From: Podarcis erhardii
Lineage: Eukaryota
DNA: 64,000 nt
Direction: 5' to 3' (one strand)
Assembly: GCA_964252035.1 (NCBI GenBank)
Contig: OZ176205.1
Below the pieces are notes generated by a model. It searched no databases and had not been told where the DNA came from. It was given only the letters and a program-made list of their open reading frames with translations. Position numbers and translations under genes: made by a program. Positions 35,301 to 47,400 of the stretch are shown here, piece by piece; position 1 is the stretch's first letter, and every line of letters begins with the position of its first letter.

Positions 35301-38300
35301 TTAATGAAGAATGTAATGCAACAAGGTTTGTTCAATTATCTATATCTTATCAAAAGTTAGAGCCAAATAATCAGTAAAATGAATGCTTTAGAGAGCCAAT
35401 CAGGTGTCATTATTTAGGAAATGATGGCTCATAACATCACTTTTTTGGGGAGTAATACCATAACATTATATATCAATGGAAAGATAATTTAATGAAGAAT
35501 GCAATGCAATAACTTTTATGAAGGATTATTTATTACAACAGAAATAAGGAGGACATTTGTCAGTGTGCTGTGATTGCTATCAAGTTGGTTGGGTTTTGTT
35601 GTGTTTTTTGTTCTTTCATTTAGTCAGCTTGTAAACCCAGTCAGATAGGTGGCATATAAATAAGTTGTTTTTTATGGTGGTGAAAGCAGTCAAGCAGAAA
35701 GCAACAACACTGGAAGGAAGACACACACAATTGTCCAGTGTTCACATTCCTGTATTTTTGTACTTTATCTCAAACAGTCATGGCTACTGGTCATAATGGA
35801 ATATTTTAACGACTTTCCCTCTATAGGTTAACAAAAATGTAATCTTATAAAAGGTGTAGACTGCAACAAATAGGAAAAAAGCCTGGTTGTACCAAATAAC
35901 GGGCATTTAGTTTTAAGGCAGCATTTAGATGTCAGATTTGCCCCAGTGTTCAACAAATATATGAAGTAATACACTAGTGGCCAAAATTGTTGTATTTCCA
36001 AGGTTTGATGGCTCATAACGCCACTTTTTTTGAGTAATACAATAAAATTATATATTAATGGAAAGATAATTTAATGAAGAATGTAATGGAACAAGTTTTG
36101 TTCAATTATCTGTACTCTATCAAGCATTATAGCCAAATAATCAGAAAAAGCGTTTAGAGAGCCAATCAGGTGTCATATTGTTTTGGCAATGATGGCTCAT
36201 AAACCACCTTTTTTGGGGAGTAATACCATAGCATTATGTATCAATGGAAAGATAATTTAATGAAGAATGCAATGCAATAACTTATTATTGAGCAGACTAT
36301 AGATCATTTTCATTCAGTGGAACTAAACATTTATGTTTGCTAGTTGGACTGTAAATAATCATTTGAAAAAATCGAACTGGCTCTTGATTTAAATTAGGAA
36401 GCCTCTGTTAACTATGTAGCTGGTAGAGAAACTACTTCATTTTAAAGAATAACTGTAGCAAACATGCTTTAGTTAAGATATAATATTAACAGCACGGTTA
36501 TTTGAGAATTTATTAAATTTAAAATTCCAGAAAATCCAAACCAAGTTTTAAAATCTATTTAAAAATACACCTTTTTAATCTACCTGCAGATTATATCCCC
36601 TGCCCTTTCCACATGGTATCAGGAAGTATTAAAATGGACAATATTTTATTAAACAGAAATACTGACACATACATACACAGGCCATATGGCTTGAGAAAAA
36701 GTTTTGTCCAAATTATTTGGGGGTGGGGAGACATACTTTGGAAGTTCTCCTGAATTCCATCTTTTCACTGGAGTGGCTTCCACTGCTAGGTGGTTATGCC
36801 CAGTTAAGTCTGGTTACTGGACCAGGATAACCTAGTGTCAGTTGCCTAAGCTCTAGTGACCTCCTGCATGGAGGCTTGGAAACTAAATACAGTATCTAAA
36901 AAATACTCCAGTACCAATCATCTCAGTCCCTACAATAAGCAGGTGATGCCTTGGTGATGCAACCACCAGATCTGCTTGGTTCGCACTGACCCACAACAGG
37001 GCTTTTTTTGTGTTAGTTCTCTTTCCAGTGAGCTATGCCTATTGCCATTATTAACTTTCATGAGAAATTTGAAAATATTCCTGGTTATGCAGGAATTTGG
37101 TGGCCGAATTTCCTGGCAACCTTGAGATCACTGGATGGAATAATTTTTTTAAAACAAACTAATTGTTTTTATAATGTTCTAACAGTTTTAGAATGTTTCT
37201 GCTTTGCTTTCTGAAGTGTGGATCTGTTTGCCACCCTGGGGTTCCTCATGAGGAATATAAATTCAATAACTAAGTAAACAAATAATGTGCTAAAGTTACT
37301 TTCATTCATTTTCCAAAACAGGAGCTGTGTTAAAAAAAAATTCTTCTACATACAGTGAACCCTCTGGATACTGATTTAATTTGTACTGGGGGTCCATGCG
37401 CACCCCAAAAAATCCATAACCAGAGGCGCCATTTCTGTGCATGTGCAAGCGGCGTAACACAGAAAAATACTTCCAGGTTTGCCACGTTCGTGACCTGAAG
37501 GTTACATATCCAGAGAGGTACGTAACTCAAGGGTACACTGAACTTGAGAGTAACCCTGTAAAACCCAGTGGGATTTACTTTTCAGTAGATCTACATAGAA
37601 TAAAGAATTCTAATTTGGGAAAGAAAAAAATGAAGCAGTATTTATTGCAGATATTAATTCAGAATTCTTGTTTCTGGCTCTGTGCACCACTAGCATGCAG
37701 TTCTCCACTGACTACCCCCAAGAGAATGCAGCCCATAACAGAAAGAAAAAAGGTTGTTATCCCTAAGATAGGCTAAATTCCCTTCATCAAATGAAAATTC
37801 AACTGAAGGGATAAATCTCATTACTTACAACAGAGAAGCAGCTTCCTGAAATGCATTAACAGCAGCTGGAATATCTCCCATTACCAGATTTTTCTGCCCC
37901 AAGCCGAGGTATTTCTTGGCTTCTGCATCCACATCCATACTAGAAAAATAGAAACAAGGTTATAGTTACAGGTAGGTTGCCGTATTGGTCTGCCATAGTC
38001 GAAACAAAATAAAAAAATTCATTCCAGTAGCACCTTAGAGACCAACTAAATTAGTTATTGGTAAGAACTTTCGTGTACATGCACACTTCAGGTAAACTAA
38101 CTTGGTTGGTCTCTAAGCTGCTACTGGAAGAAACCAGGTTGTTAGCCACAACATATAGCTGTTAGAAGCAAGCTTGGTCATTATTTACCTTTTTTACTAT
38201 AGTAAATCAAGAGTGTCAGTGTTTAAAAACTGCTCTTGTTTCATTCATCTATTCCAATCAATTTAACTAGTAGTAGCTGACTATTACAGGAAGATAGTTA

Positions 38301-38404
38301 CACTACTCTATTTCAAACGCACATGCACTATTCTTACACCTAATTATATCTTACCTCTCAGTTTTGTCAGCGGAAGTAGAAGGAGCAGCAGATTCTTCTG
38401 CCAT
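23343..38404 (-). CDS. NASP: Nuclear autoantigenic sperm protein (histone H3-H4/H1 chaperone, SHNi-TPR), 744 aa long form
   Basis: Coding exons in transcript order: 38355-38404 (ATG; [16 protein letters not shown]), 37829-37939 ([26 protein letters not shown]), 35044-35124, 34576-34679, 32785-33732, 31083-31213, 28707-28783 ([14 protein letters not shown]), 28546-28619, 27278-27466 ([15 protein letters not shown]), 26835-27001, 26144-26200, 25989-26060 ([10 protein letters not shown]), 23855-23983, 23343-23387 (TGA). Total 2235 nt, open frame, all GT-AG. Confidence 0.97.
24287..25418 (+). mobile_element. L1 LINE 3' fragment, 5'-truncated and 5'-inverted, with ~13-bp TSD
   Basis: The minus strand of ~24300-24910 encodes a degenerate L1 ORF2 C-terminus ([20 protein letters not shown] zinc knuckle, [16 protein letters not shown]). 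The plus strand from ~24911 continues it ([11 protein letters not shown]...[12 protein letters not shown]), then a 3'UTR with AATAAA and an A-tail. TSDs: AAGAGGGTATCTT 24287-24299 and AAGGGGGTATCTT 25406-25418. Confidence 0.85.
25796..25931. mobile_element. Palindromic hAT MITE (GGACTACAACTCCCATCA family)
   Basis: CAGACATAGGCAAACT ... AGTTTGCCTACACCTG with a long internal palindrome; near-TSD GCTTAAGT/GTTCAAGT. More degenerate relatives at ~3835-3959, ~31930-32055, 48966-49122 and 51352-51476. Confidence 0.7.
27865..28094 (+). mobile_element. L2-type LINE 3' end with (ATT)n tail
   Basis: GGGCCTTCTTGG...CCTGTGGAATGCCTTCCC...TTTTAGAAGACATCTGAAG...GTAAGCCGCTCAGAG...GGTATAAATAAA followed by ATT repeats; common lacertid L2 tail. 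Confidence 0.65.
29626..29944. mobile_element. Tc1/mariner MITE (CAGTGGTGCC-GCAAGACG family), full length
   Basis: TA|CAGTGGTGCCCCGCAAGACG ... CGTCTTGCGAGGCACCATTG|TA. Confidence 0.85.
31088..31185 (-). repeat. Coding minisatellite, ~3.3 x 30 bp ([10 protein letters not shown]) in NASP exon 31083-31213
   Basis: Plus-strand unit GTCATTTTCTTTATCCTCTTCAACTGCAGA repeated three times with 1-2 changes. Confidence 0.9.
32785..33732 (-). CDS. NASP: Large acidic NASP exon (tNASP-type cassette exon, 948 nt, phase 1-1)
   Basis: Starts [18 protein letters not shown] after a polypyrimidine AG and ends at G|GTAACA. The length is a multiple of 3, so skipping keeps frame (428-aa sNASP-like form). It corresponds to the exon that distinguishes mammalian tNASP from sNASP. 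Confidence 0.9.
35183..36283. repeat. Two ~310-330-bp direct repeats (35183-35515, 35972-36283), Tc1-like left end
   Basis: The copies align closely along their length; each starts after TA with CAC...AAAATTGT and carries two internal GATGGCTCATAA...AATGAAGAATG units. Confidence 0.7.
37353..37550. mobile_element. Tc1/mariner MITE
   Basis: TA|CAGTGAACCCTC ... AAGGGTACACTG terminal inverted repeats. Confidence 0.6.
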
Positions 38405-39679
38405 TCTGAAACTGAAAATTCTAAAGTTAGAATACTTAGGAATGTAACTGTATAAGAATACTTAGGAATGTTACTGTAACATTACAGTAACTAATGTATG
38501 CTTTATAAATAGAATTATAGCAAATTAAGAGTAAGGACCATCAATGGTACATTATGCCCTACATAGGCTGCTGAAGCAAATAACTATCAGCTGGCTCCTT
38601 CATGTATGCCACAACCTTTCCCTGTTAAGTCAAAAAGCTCCCAAACAAACAGCCTGTGCACTGTTCAAGAGGCATGCTACAGTCATAGAAAATTATTTAA
38701 GAGTTTCAATTTCATTTTAAAGGAACTTTAAAGGATTTTTGTACAGATGCCATTCTGTCAGTAGTAGAAGGTATACAAAGTGCCAGTTGAAATTACAGCC
38801 CTCCTAACTAGTATATTTATATGGACTCCTCACACAGGCTTGTTACCAATGTAAAGAGCATACTCCAGGAACAAAAGTTGCCGCTCTCCTGGAGTTATCA
38901 GTACCAGTATCCTTGACAAACCAATTTCCAAAATTCTTCAGGCAAAACAATGTGCTTTAAATGCGTGCTGGATGCATTTTAAATCATTTGACAGGTCTAG
39001 CAAAGCATAAATTCAATAAATATTGGAAACAATGAGCAGTATTACAGTGACTTAGAAGTCCTCCTCTGCTATATTGCTGAGGGACCACAGTCCCTTAAAC
39101 GACACTTGCTCCATAAGGGGAGGTGTAAAAACAAATCAAGTCTGTTATAGTACTGTATAGGCTACACCATACCACACAAGGGCTGTACAGGTCTTTTATC
39201 AATATCCAGATGACTCTTGGCTAGGGAACTATCACTATGCGAGTTTCTAGACTCTTACAAGTTACAATCTCTCCAACAGAAAATAATAATGAAGGCCAAT
39301 TAGTCCTAAAGAGAGTAACAGAATAGCGCTTCAAGGAACGCTCCCGTTTCTTTAAGTGATCACTCGTTAACTGTGGTGAGATGAGAAAACGTCGACGGAG
39401 AGTTCCTTCCAAAAACTACAGTAAAGGCATTTTTCAATTCACCCCGCAGTTCCGCTGCAACCAGCTACTTTTCGGTACCACAAATGAATTAACCCAGAGT
39501 AGACCCGACAAGCCTTAAGCACCCCCACCCACCTTGGAGCGCACGAAAAATATACCAGAATACTAATATGCTCGGTTTATCGAACGAGTTAAAAGGCAGA
39601 GCGTTAAAAGCCGCTTTAACTCCTCCCCCGGAGCCGCCAACGACGCTAAGAAAGTTCTCTCTGGGAGAAAGACGTTTAC

Positions 39680-39905
39680 CTCAGCAGACAATGGGGTTCG
39701 TTTCCCGCCTCCGCCCCTCCCCTCGTCAGATCTTTTGGCGCCGAATCTCAACGGCCTCTTTCTACAGGCCGAGGCTGCCTACCACGTGACGCGGCTCTTT
39801 TTCCCCCCTCCCCCCCCGCCCCCTTATCCCTCCCTCCCTCCTTTGCGCGCGCCGGATTGATGGGCCTTGAAAATGGCGGCCTAAACTCCGAGTCGGGTCA
39901 CGTGG
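39680..39905 (-). promoter_or_regulatory. E2F / E-box / YY1 / GC-box cluster; candidate second NASP promoter
   Basis: TTTCCCGCC 39701-39709, TTTTGGCGCCGAA 39733-39745, CACGTG 39783-39788, TTTGCGCGC 39842-39850, AAAATGGCGGC 39870-39880, GTCACGTGG 39897-39905, followed on the - strand by donor GAG|GTAAAC at 39680. Confidence 0.55.
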
Positions 39906-40308
39906 CGTCTCGGTTTTTAAGGCGAACCGCCGCCTCCGCCCCCCACGCCGTGAGAAAACGGCATGCACCAAACCGCCGGTGGGAGTAATAGGAGGTGAAA
40001 GGATGGAGAGGGGGGAGAGAATGAAACAAAAACGCCACGAGGTAGAGGACCAGAATATGCCGCCGAAAGCGAAGCTGAGGGAGAACAAATTCTACCTGTG
40101 TGGCCGCCGCCGCCGCCCCCATTACTCGAACAAACAACTCGGCGTTCCCTTCGTCCTTACCCAGTTCCCGAAAAGACAAAACCTGAGCCGAACCCCGCCA
40201 GCGGCGGCGGCGGCGCCAAATGTGATGGCAGCCCCACAACTTACCTCAAGACCCCGACGGAGTGACAACAATCTGCCGAGAAACGCAGCCCACCGCCCCT
40301 CCAGATGC

Positions 40309-40315
40309 TTTTATA
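40309..40315 (-). promoter_or_regulatory. TATA box (TATAAAA) upstream of a non-coding NASP exon 1 that ends at donor 40245 (alternative donor 40161)
   Basis: Minus strand reads GGGGCTATAAAAGCATC; donors GAG|GTAAGT at 40245 and TGG|GTAAGG at 40161. Confidence 0.65.
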
Positions 40316-40364
40316 GCCCCCTGAGGACACGCCCCAGCAGCGCGAGGCACGCTCTCAAGGCAAA

Positions 40365-40625
40365 GGAACTACGACTCCCAGCATGCCTCGCGCCTCCCTG
40401 TGAGGCCTTTCGGGAAGCCGGAACTCGTCCTGAGGCGAGTTGAAAATAACCGCAACCCCCTTCCCCAAAAACCCAACGGGACGAATGTCAGAGAAACCCT
40501 CGAGCATGTTGGAAACGTCGCCTCACTCCCTCTGTCCCTCTGTTTGCTGTTTCGGGAAACGTAGTCCGCGGACTCGGAGTAAACCTAGACCACTACTTTT
40601 GTAGCATGCCGGAAAATGTAGTTCC
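40365..40625. promoter_or_regulatory. Two oppositely oriented ZNF143/Staf-like (ACTACA-type) elements
   Basis: GGAACTACGACTCCCAGCATGCCTCGCG at 40365-40392 (+) and GGAACTACATTTTCCGGCATGC on the - strand at 40604-40625 resemble the SBS consensus ACTACAATTCCCAGCATGC. Confidence 0.6.
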
Positions 40626-42574
40626 AAGTCAGAGTGCTTGTAGTCCGTAGACGGTAGAAGAGCATACTGGGAAAGGCTGTGAAATAAATAGCATCCATTC
40701 CACCTATTAGCTCTGCGGGCGGCTAAAGACAAGAGTCAGAAACTGTCTTAACCCTCTGACCTCTTTAACTGCTCTGACACGGATCATCTAGTGTCTGCTG
40801 GGCAACCCCCTTCCTCCAGCGTTTTTTATAAGACCATTTGTGTTTATGCATCTTTAAAAACCAAGGTCCTGGATCACACCACGCATGCTTCAGGTGTGAC
40901 GAATGAACACAACACAGGGCAGCTCCCGATCCCGCAGAGTTCCGTGCATCAAAGTAAAGAGTGTGACCGGGAGCGGGTGGAAGTGGCGCGACTCACCTGA
41001 CCCTCATCTCTGACGCCGGGGTCTCTACCGGCAGAGGGCAGGGTTAGCCTGGCAATGCAGTGGTGTCCCCAAGTGCACCTCGCAGTCTTCGGCTTAGAGG
41101 GAAATGGAAACCATTCGCTCAGGCTAGGCAAAAATAAAGCACTGCGAGTGGAGGAAACAACGCACATAGGATAATACCTACCCAGGTCTTCCCTACTGAG
41201 ATGTGTGCATACTGGATATGTCATATTTCAAGCCCAGCAGACTGGGCTTAGAAAGTGATTGACCCAAAGATAAGCTTCGTAGCTTTGTGAGGATTTGGGA
41301 CCTATTTATCTGCGGTTCTCTTATTTTTCAAGCCTTGGTTCCCAGGCTACAATTCCCATCCTCCTTGACAATTGGCTAAGCTGGCTGAGCAATACTTACC
41401 TGCTGCATCACTAGCTCTCAATAACGTTGCTATTGATAAAAGATTGTATCTGAACATGTGCAGGCGATGTAGTCTCCCTAACAAGTATGTTTAGGATTGC
41501 AGCATTAGAAATTAACCTTACTGGTGCATGCCAGTAGCTAATTAAGACCAAGAAACTGACAAAACGTCAAATGCTGCAATATTTTTTCTTGTTCAGTACT
41601 AGCCTTATAAGAATGGCCTATTGTGTTCATTAGGCTTTCTTCCAAGGTCCACAATCTCCCTATGCAAAGTTAAGCATGCCTAAACATGTTTATTTCAGTG
41701 GTCTCAGGCACACCTAACTGCACAGGACTCTGCTGTAAGTGTGCACAAATTGTCGCCTTATGAGAGTAAACACAAACTGCTAACATAGAACAAAATCCTA
41801 CTAATACTACTAGTTGTCGTCTCTAGTTAGAGAACAGTTAACACCTCTTGAAAGCGTATATTACTAATAACTGGGTTAAAAACAGGACAGGATTCTGCAC
41901 CCTTAATAGTTGTGTAGGGTGGAATTTTAGCATACACAAGCTTACACCTGCTGAAAATTCTTCTACACAACTATTAAGGGTGCAGGAGCCTTATCTTGTA
42001 TCTGGCCACCTAGCAAAAATAAGGGAAACTGCACTAGTAATAACAGCAATGTCTTTTGGGCAGCAATAATTCCCAGTCAAAAGATACTGACCTAATCAGT
42101 ATTAATGCAAAGTTCTCTAAAGATTACAGTTGAAGTAAAGTTTGGTCTGTAGTTTGTTTCCACATCTTCTTACATAAATTAAGTCTTGTGTGTGCTTGAC
42201 TGTTGGCTGTAAGGCTTCTGTGAACCACCCACCAATCTGAAACTTTATGTTACCTGTTGTATTGTCATCTATGGTATGAACTTCAATATACTTTTTCAGT
42301 TAAGAGTATTTTTTTTAAAAGCTGAGTCTCATTTAAAAACAACTAGTGATGGAGAAGATTTTTAAATGAGTAGACATTGACATTGATTATGCAGCTAAGA
42401 ACCTCATCACTGTTCTGCTATCATCAGCAGCTGCTGCTCCTCTCTTGTTATTAGCTCCCTGCTAAAAGCTTCTACCTACCCAAATGTCATCCTGCTGGGT
42501 CTTTACTTTCATAGGCTGAATAATTAACTTCATTCATTAGATAAGGTAAATTGCCTGCCTAATGCAAAGGTCGT

Positions 42575-42919
<345 letters not shown>

Positions 42920-44274
42920 TCAAAGAGTGCACTAGCTGCAGCATATTGCAACCTAGGTGAATCTTCCTTGGGAATAATTTCAGACATATACACACTTGCT
43001 AGCATATACAAAACTGAATATATTTACCAAAAAGACAATATAGGTTTTCAGACAAGGTATCTTAAGACCCCAACCAAGGGAATCATTATATCAATATACC
43101 CAGACAGCTGACAATTTTACTAAGAAAAATACTAATAACAAAACTGTTGCTTGTATTTTGGATCTGGATCCCTGAAGATGCAATATATGTCTGCTTTTAA
43201 TTCAAACCGCTTTAACCTACTGCAGCAATCCGAACGTTACCTTAAAAACACTAGTACCCCTTCAACTCTAGTATAAGATACCTGTGCACATGTTTGGACA
43301 TAATGTTCTTAGTGTATCAAAGTCACCAGGAATACCTGAGGATTTGATTGTTTCAGCCCCACACATAAAATACAATTTTTCTATACAAGGACATCCTGAA
43401 TAACACTGAGTTGGATTTTTGTATGTTGAGGGAGGAGGGGAACAGGGAGCTAGAGAATATGAAAGGGAGTGGGTGACTGTGTTCCCTTTTGTAAAATAAG
43501 AAATAAAAAAAAGCAGAATTTCATGGATGTAGACATTTAGCTTAATTACTTCTCCATGGTGCGGCACTTCACTGAAGGACTGCATAGCTAAATCCTGAGC
43601 ACCACTTCGGCAGCAAAACAGCTGGTATTTCAACACTAAAAATAATTTTCAATCCCATCAATAGTACAATGTTCAGAAGATCGGTTTACAGTAGCTCTTA
43701 TGAGGAAGTGGCTCTTCATAGGAGACAGACTAGCAAGTCCTCAGACATTTGGACTCCATAATAGACCTGTTTGCACGATGGGTCACTATGAGGTCTGACC
43801 TGTTACAGGATTCTAGTGATGATTAAGATTATGTGTACCCCTTTCTCTACTTTTCCCTCTCCCTTTCTGGTTTCTTTTTTGTTCTCTTCTTTATGGGAAA
43901 GAATAACAATTAAAAATCAAATAAAATTAATTAAAGAAGGTCTTCCATTACAAAGTACATGCATATATGCATATGTAAATAAGGGAGGGCATTTTGGAAA
44001 AGATTGACAGAAAAATGTGAAAAGGTTGTTTTAAACTATCCTCCTGAGAGTTCATACACGGCTGGAGGAGATGGTTCAGTTAATACACAATGGGGTTAGC
44101 GATTTCCATCTAGCATTAAATGCAGTAGCAGTATCAAGCAAATTCTGTTTCAAATTATGTTCACTGTAAGCAGGCTTGTGATATTAGAGCACATTCAGTG
44201 TTAAATCAGGCTAACACTGCTTGTCATAGCATAAGCATAATTTTGGACCAAGGTGGGACTTACAAACTTGTGCA

Positions 44275-44280
44275 TTTATT
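44275..44280 (-). terminator. AKR1A1 polyadenylation signal (AATAAA)
   Basis: Plus-strand TTTATT, ~180 nt downstream of the AKR1A1 stop codon. Confidence 0.6.
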
Positions 44281-44459
44281 TTTAATGCTTACACATGTCT
44301 CTTGCAATTTATTTCTATTCCTGTCATTCATTTCTTTATAAACATGTAGAAACAAATAAAGGCCACATACACAAAAATCCCAGAAACCATCTTTTTAAGT
44401 CTAATAACCCATGGCAGTCTTGAGTGAAATTCTATCTTCTGTCTTCTAAACTACTGGAG

Positions 44460-47400
44460 TTAATAGGGATCATTGAAAGGATAGAGGGGGTGTCCAGCGT
44501 CCCTTGCAACAAGTTTCCCCTCGACCTGTAGAAGATAAAGATAAAGTGAAAAGGAAGTACAATTGTTACAGTTATTCTAGAAAATGAATGCTAGCTTTCA
44601 GGTGCATGTGCATAACCAGTGGGGAAACTGTCACAGCTAATAGAAGCTGACCAAAGGAGCAGCTATCTTCTATAGCAATTGCAACTTAAAGTAATAGAAT
44701 GTTGGATATACTAGCAAGGCAAAATTAGAATTAATCCTACTGAGCTGAGTACGAGCCATGAATCTAATGAAACAGCATTGATCCCAATTTGAGGCCCTTT
44801 TATAAAACACACTGGCAACATGGGAGCATGCGGACAAGTCTCCAATGAAGATGAACAGAAAGTTTTGAACGTATTTTGCATATAGTAAAATGAGATGGTT
44901 TATAGGTGTGAATACAATTACACTGGGGGAAATGGAACATGTTTTGAAGGATACACACACACAGAGCGCAGAGAAAAGGAAAACCAATAAGGGTGACAAG
45001 AGGGCAACATGATGCTTTTATAGAAACCCTTGGATAATGTACAATAAGGTTCTGTTGATAGAGAATAGTTTTCTTCCTCATCTCAGGAGCCACTAGGGGG
45101 CATGCAACACAGGCAATACAGCTTGTACCATCACAAGTGCAAATTTAAAAATTGCTTGTTCATTAAATATTGCATTAGAAGGGGGGGCAGGGAGCAAAAT
45201 GAAACCTACAGAACTTTTCAAGGACAAATTAATAATTTATTCTCTTCGTGCATCTCTTCTAGCAAGGAAAAATATCTGATCTATTTTTACACAGAAGGAA
45301 AATCCTCTGTATCTTTATCACATATCCTCAGCTACCAGGGCCAGCCCTCTCATCAGACAACCTGAGATACTTTTCTTGCTGCTGTTTGGAAAAGCACATA
45401 AATCTGATCTTTGAAGAATTTGTAAGTAAACTATTTTCAGTTTGCCAAACGTGGTCTCTTTCACAAAGAGGAAGTAGGAGCTTTGAAATAAACTTAGAAG
45501 AGGATATTTTAAAGATCTAACAGCCTATATTCCGGCACTTTACTTTACTGCTCTTTTTGTGATTTTAAATCTTTTTTGGGGCTCTTTCACCAAAGAGTAC
45601 TTGCCCCAAACCTGAATCTAGGCCATCCAGGGAATTCTCATTTTATTATTTTAAGCCTAATTTACAGCTAAAAACACCAACACATTTGATACCTGTTTTA
45701 AAAATTAAATCAAATGATGCACTGCTTGCTAGCCAATAGCATTCACAAGAAGTAATCATGTTAAGTAAATAGCTTGTCATCTACACAATGGGTTACCCCA
45801 AGTTCTACTTCAGCTGTTTTGTTTGAATGCCAGTTACTAAGGGATAAATGAATAAGAAGGGTTAGAGTGTTAAACACCCTCGTGGGAGGTGAATGATACA
45901 AAGCCTCAATTATGGTGAAAATGCCTTAGAGAGCAAGAGGCAACATTACCGTAACCATTGGAACAATATATCGCCAGTTCTTATTCAGGCTCCCAATAAA
46001 GCTCATCTCTTCCACTGTCAGGCTGAAGTCAAACACCTAAAACCAGAAGCAGATACTTTAAATAATAATAATGTTTTATTTATACCCTGCCTTTCCCGGT
46101 TTAAAAACTGGGCTCAGGGAGGCTAACAGCAAATATAAAACATTGATTAAAATGCAACTTTAAAAGAGCATAAAACAGCATAAAATACAACATAAAATGC
46201 AGCATCAATATCAATAAAATTCAAGAATTCAGGGGTCATTTTGGGAAAAGAAAAAGGAAAAAAGAAAAAACAGTCAGTAGACATCAAATGATCACCAGGG
46301 CTAACTGGCCTACTAGGGCCAGCAAGGAGACCAGGGAAGAATTTAAATGTGGGGTCTCATAAAGGGTTTCTTCATAGAAGAGGAAAGGGAAAAGGGAATA
46401 GAGGATCAGGCTAATTCAAACTGAATTATTTAAGATATGATTTTCACTCACACTAATCCACAACCCTCTCTACCTTGCCTTTCTAGTCACAGTGCATTCC
46501 TTATATTGAGCAGGTTAGCATTAATCTTACATTGTGCAAAAGATGGACCATATAAGTATTTTCTTTACTTACTGCTATCTTATTTTTTAAAAAACCAGCT
46601 TTAATCCACTATAAGATCTTTTCAGCTACTCTGCATGTCCGGTGTATATGAAGTATGCTTCTTTTCTGCATCTCCCCTACTAAAGACTAAGTGGAAAAGA
46701 AACAAATTTTGCTCCTCAGTTATCAGCAAATCTCCTTAAGGAGCTGAATAGCAGAGATTAGGTGGAAGTAACTCCCTCTGGGTTGACAGGAGGCAGAATT
46801 AAGATGGATGACTTCCTCCAAAAGCAAGGGCTTCCTTGCAAGGTCACTGTGCATGGAATTTATAAAACAGATCCAGCCTTTGGAAATGAGACAGAGAACC
46901 ATTTGTGCACAGCAGCTTGCAATGGGAAACAGACACTAGGGAAACCCTCTCTGCTCACAAGCTAAATAATTTCAAATAGCCTGCCCTACAACCCTTGAGC
47001 ATATAATAAAAGGCTATTATTGCTTTCCTCGAGGTAGAGGGCAGTTTCTCCCTCATAAACAGAAGCCTGAATTTGTTGCTAGACATAAGCATCAAATTCC
47101 CTAGTGAAGACTTATTTAGTGATATGAGGCTTGGCTACCCTCCACAAATCTTCAGACACAAAGATGACCAATGAAAAAAGTTCTGACTTCCATCAGGGGG
47201 TTCTCATTCGTAGGCTTCTCAAATCTAGTTAAACACCAGCTGAATGCAATGGTGACTGGGTAGTGGTGAAGGGGGGTGCAGCAGGAAGAACTCTCATAGG
47301 CTTCTTCAGCAAAACCAGTGTTGCCCAACACAAAGCCCTCTCATTCAGTAGTGAAGTTGGAATGAAAGTTAAATGATCTGCTTCTGAGAGAGTTCCTGTC

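Larger units (their letters stand above)
39370..41170. promoter_or_regulatory. CpG island / NASP promoter region
   Basis: GC- and CpG-rich stretch in an otherwise CpG-poor window, immediately 5' of the first NASP coding exon. Confidence 0.85.

Noticed and set aside
35225-36283. Repeated ATGATGG-containing units as intronic C/D snoRNAs
   Set aside because: The C-box-like text is antisense to NASP, has no paired D box or terminal stem, and lies within a transposon-like duplication.
39563-41224. Several 70-150-aa ORFs in the NASP 5' region
   Set aside because: Expected stop-poor frames of a CpG island; no recognisable protein features.
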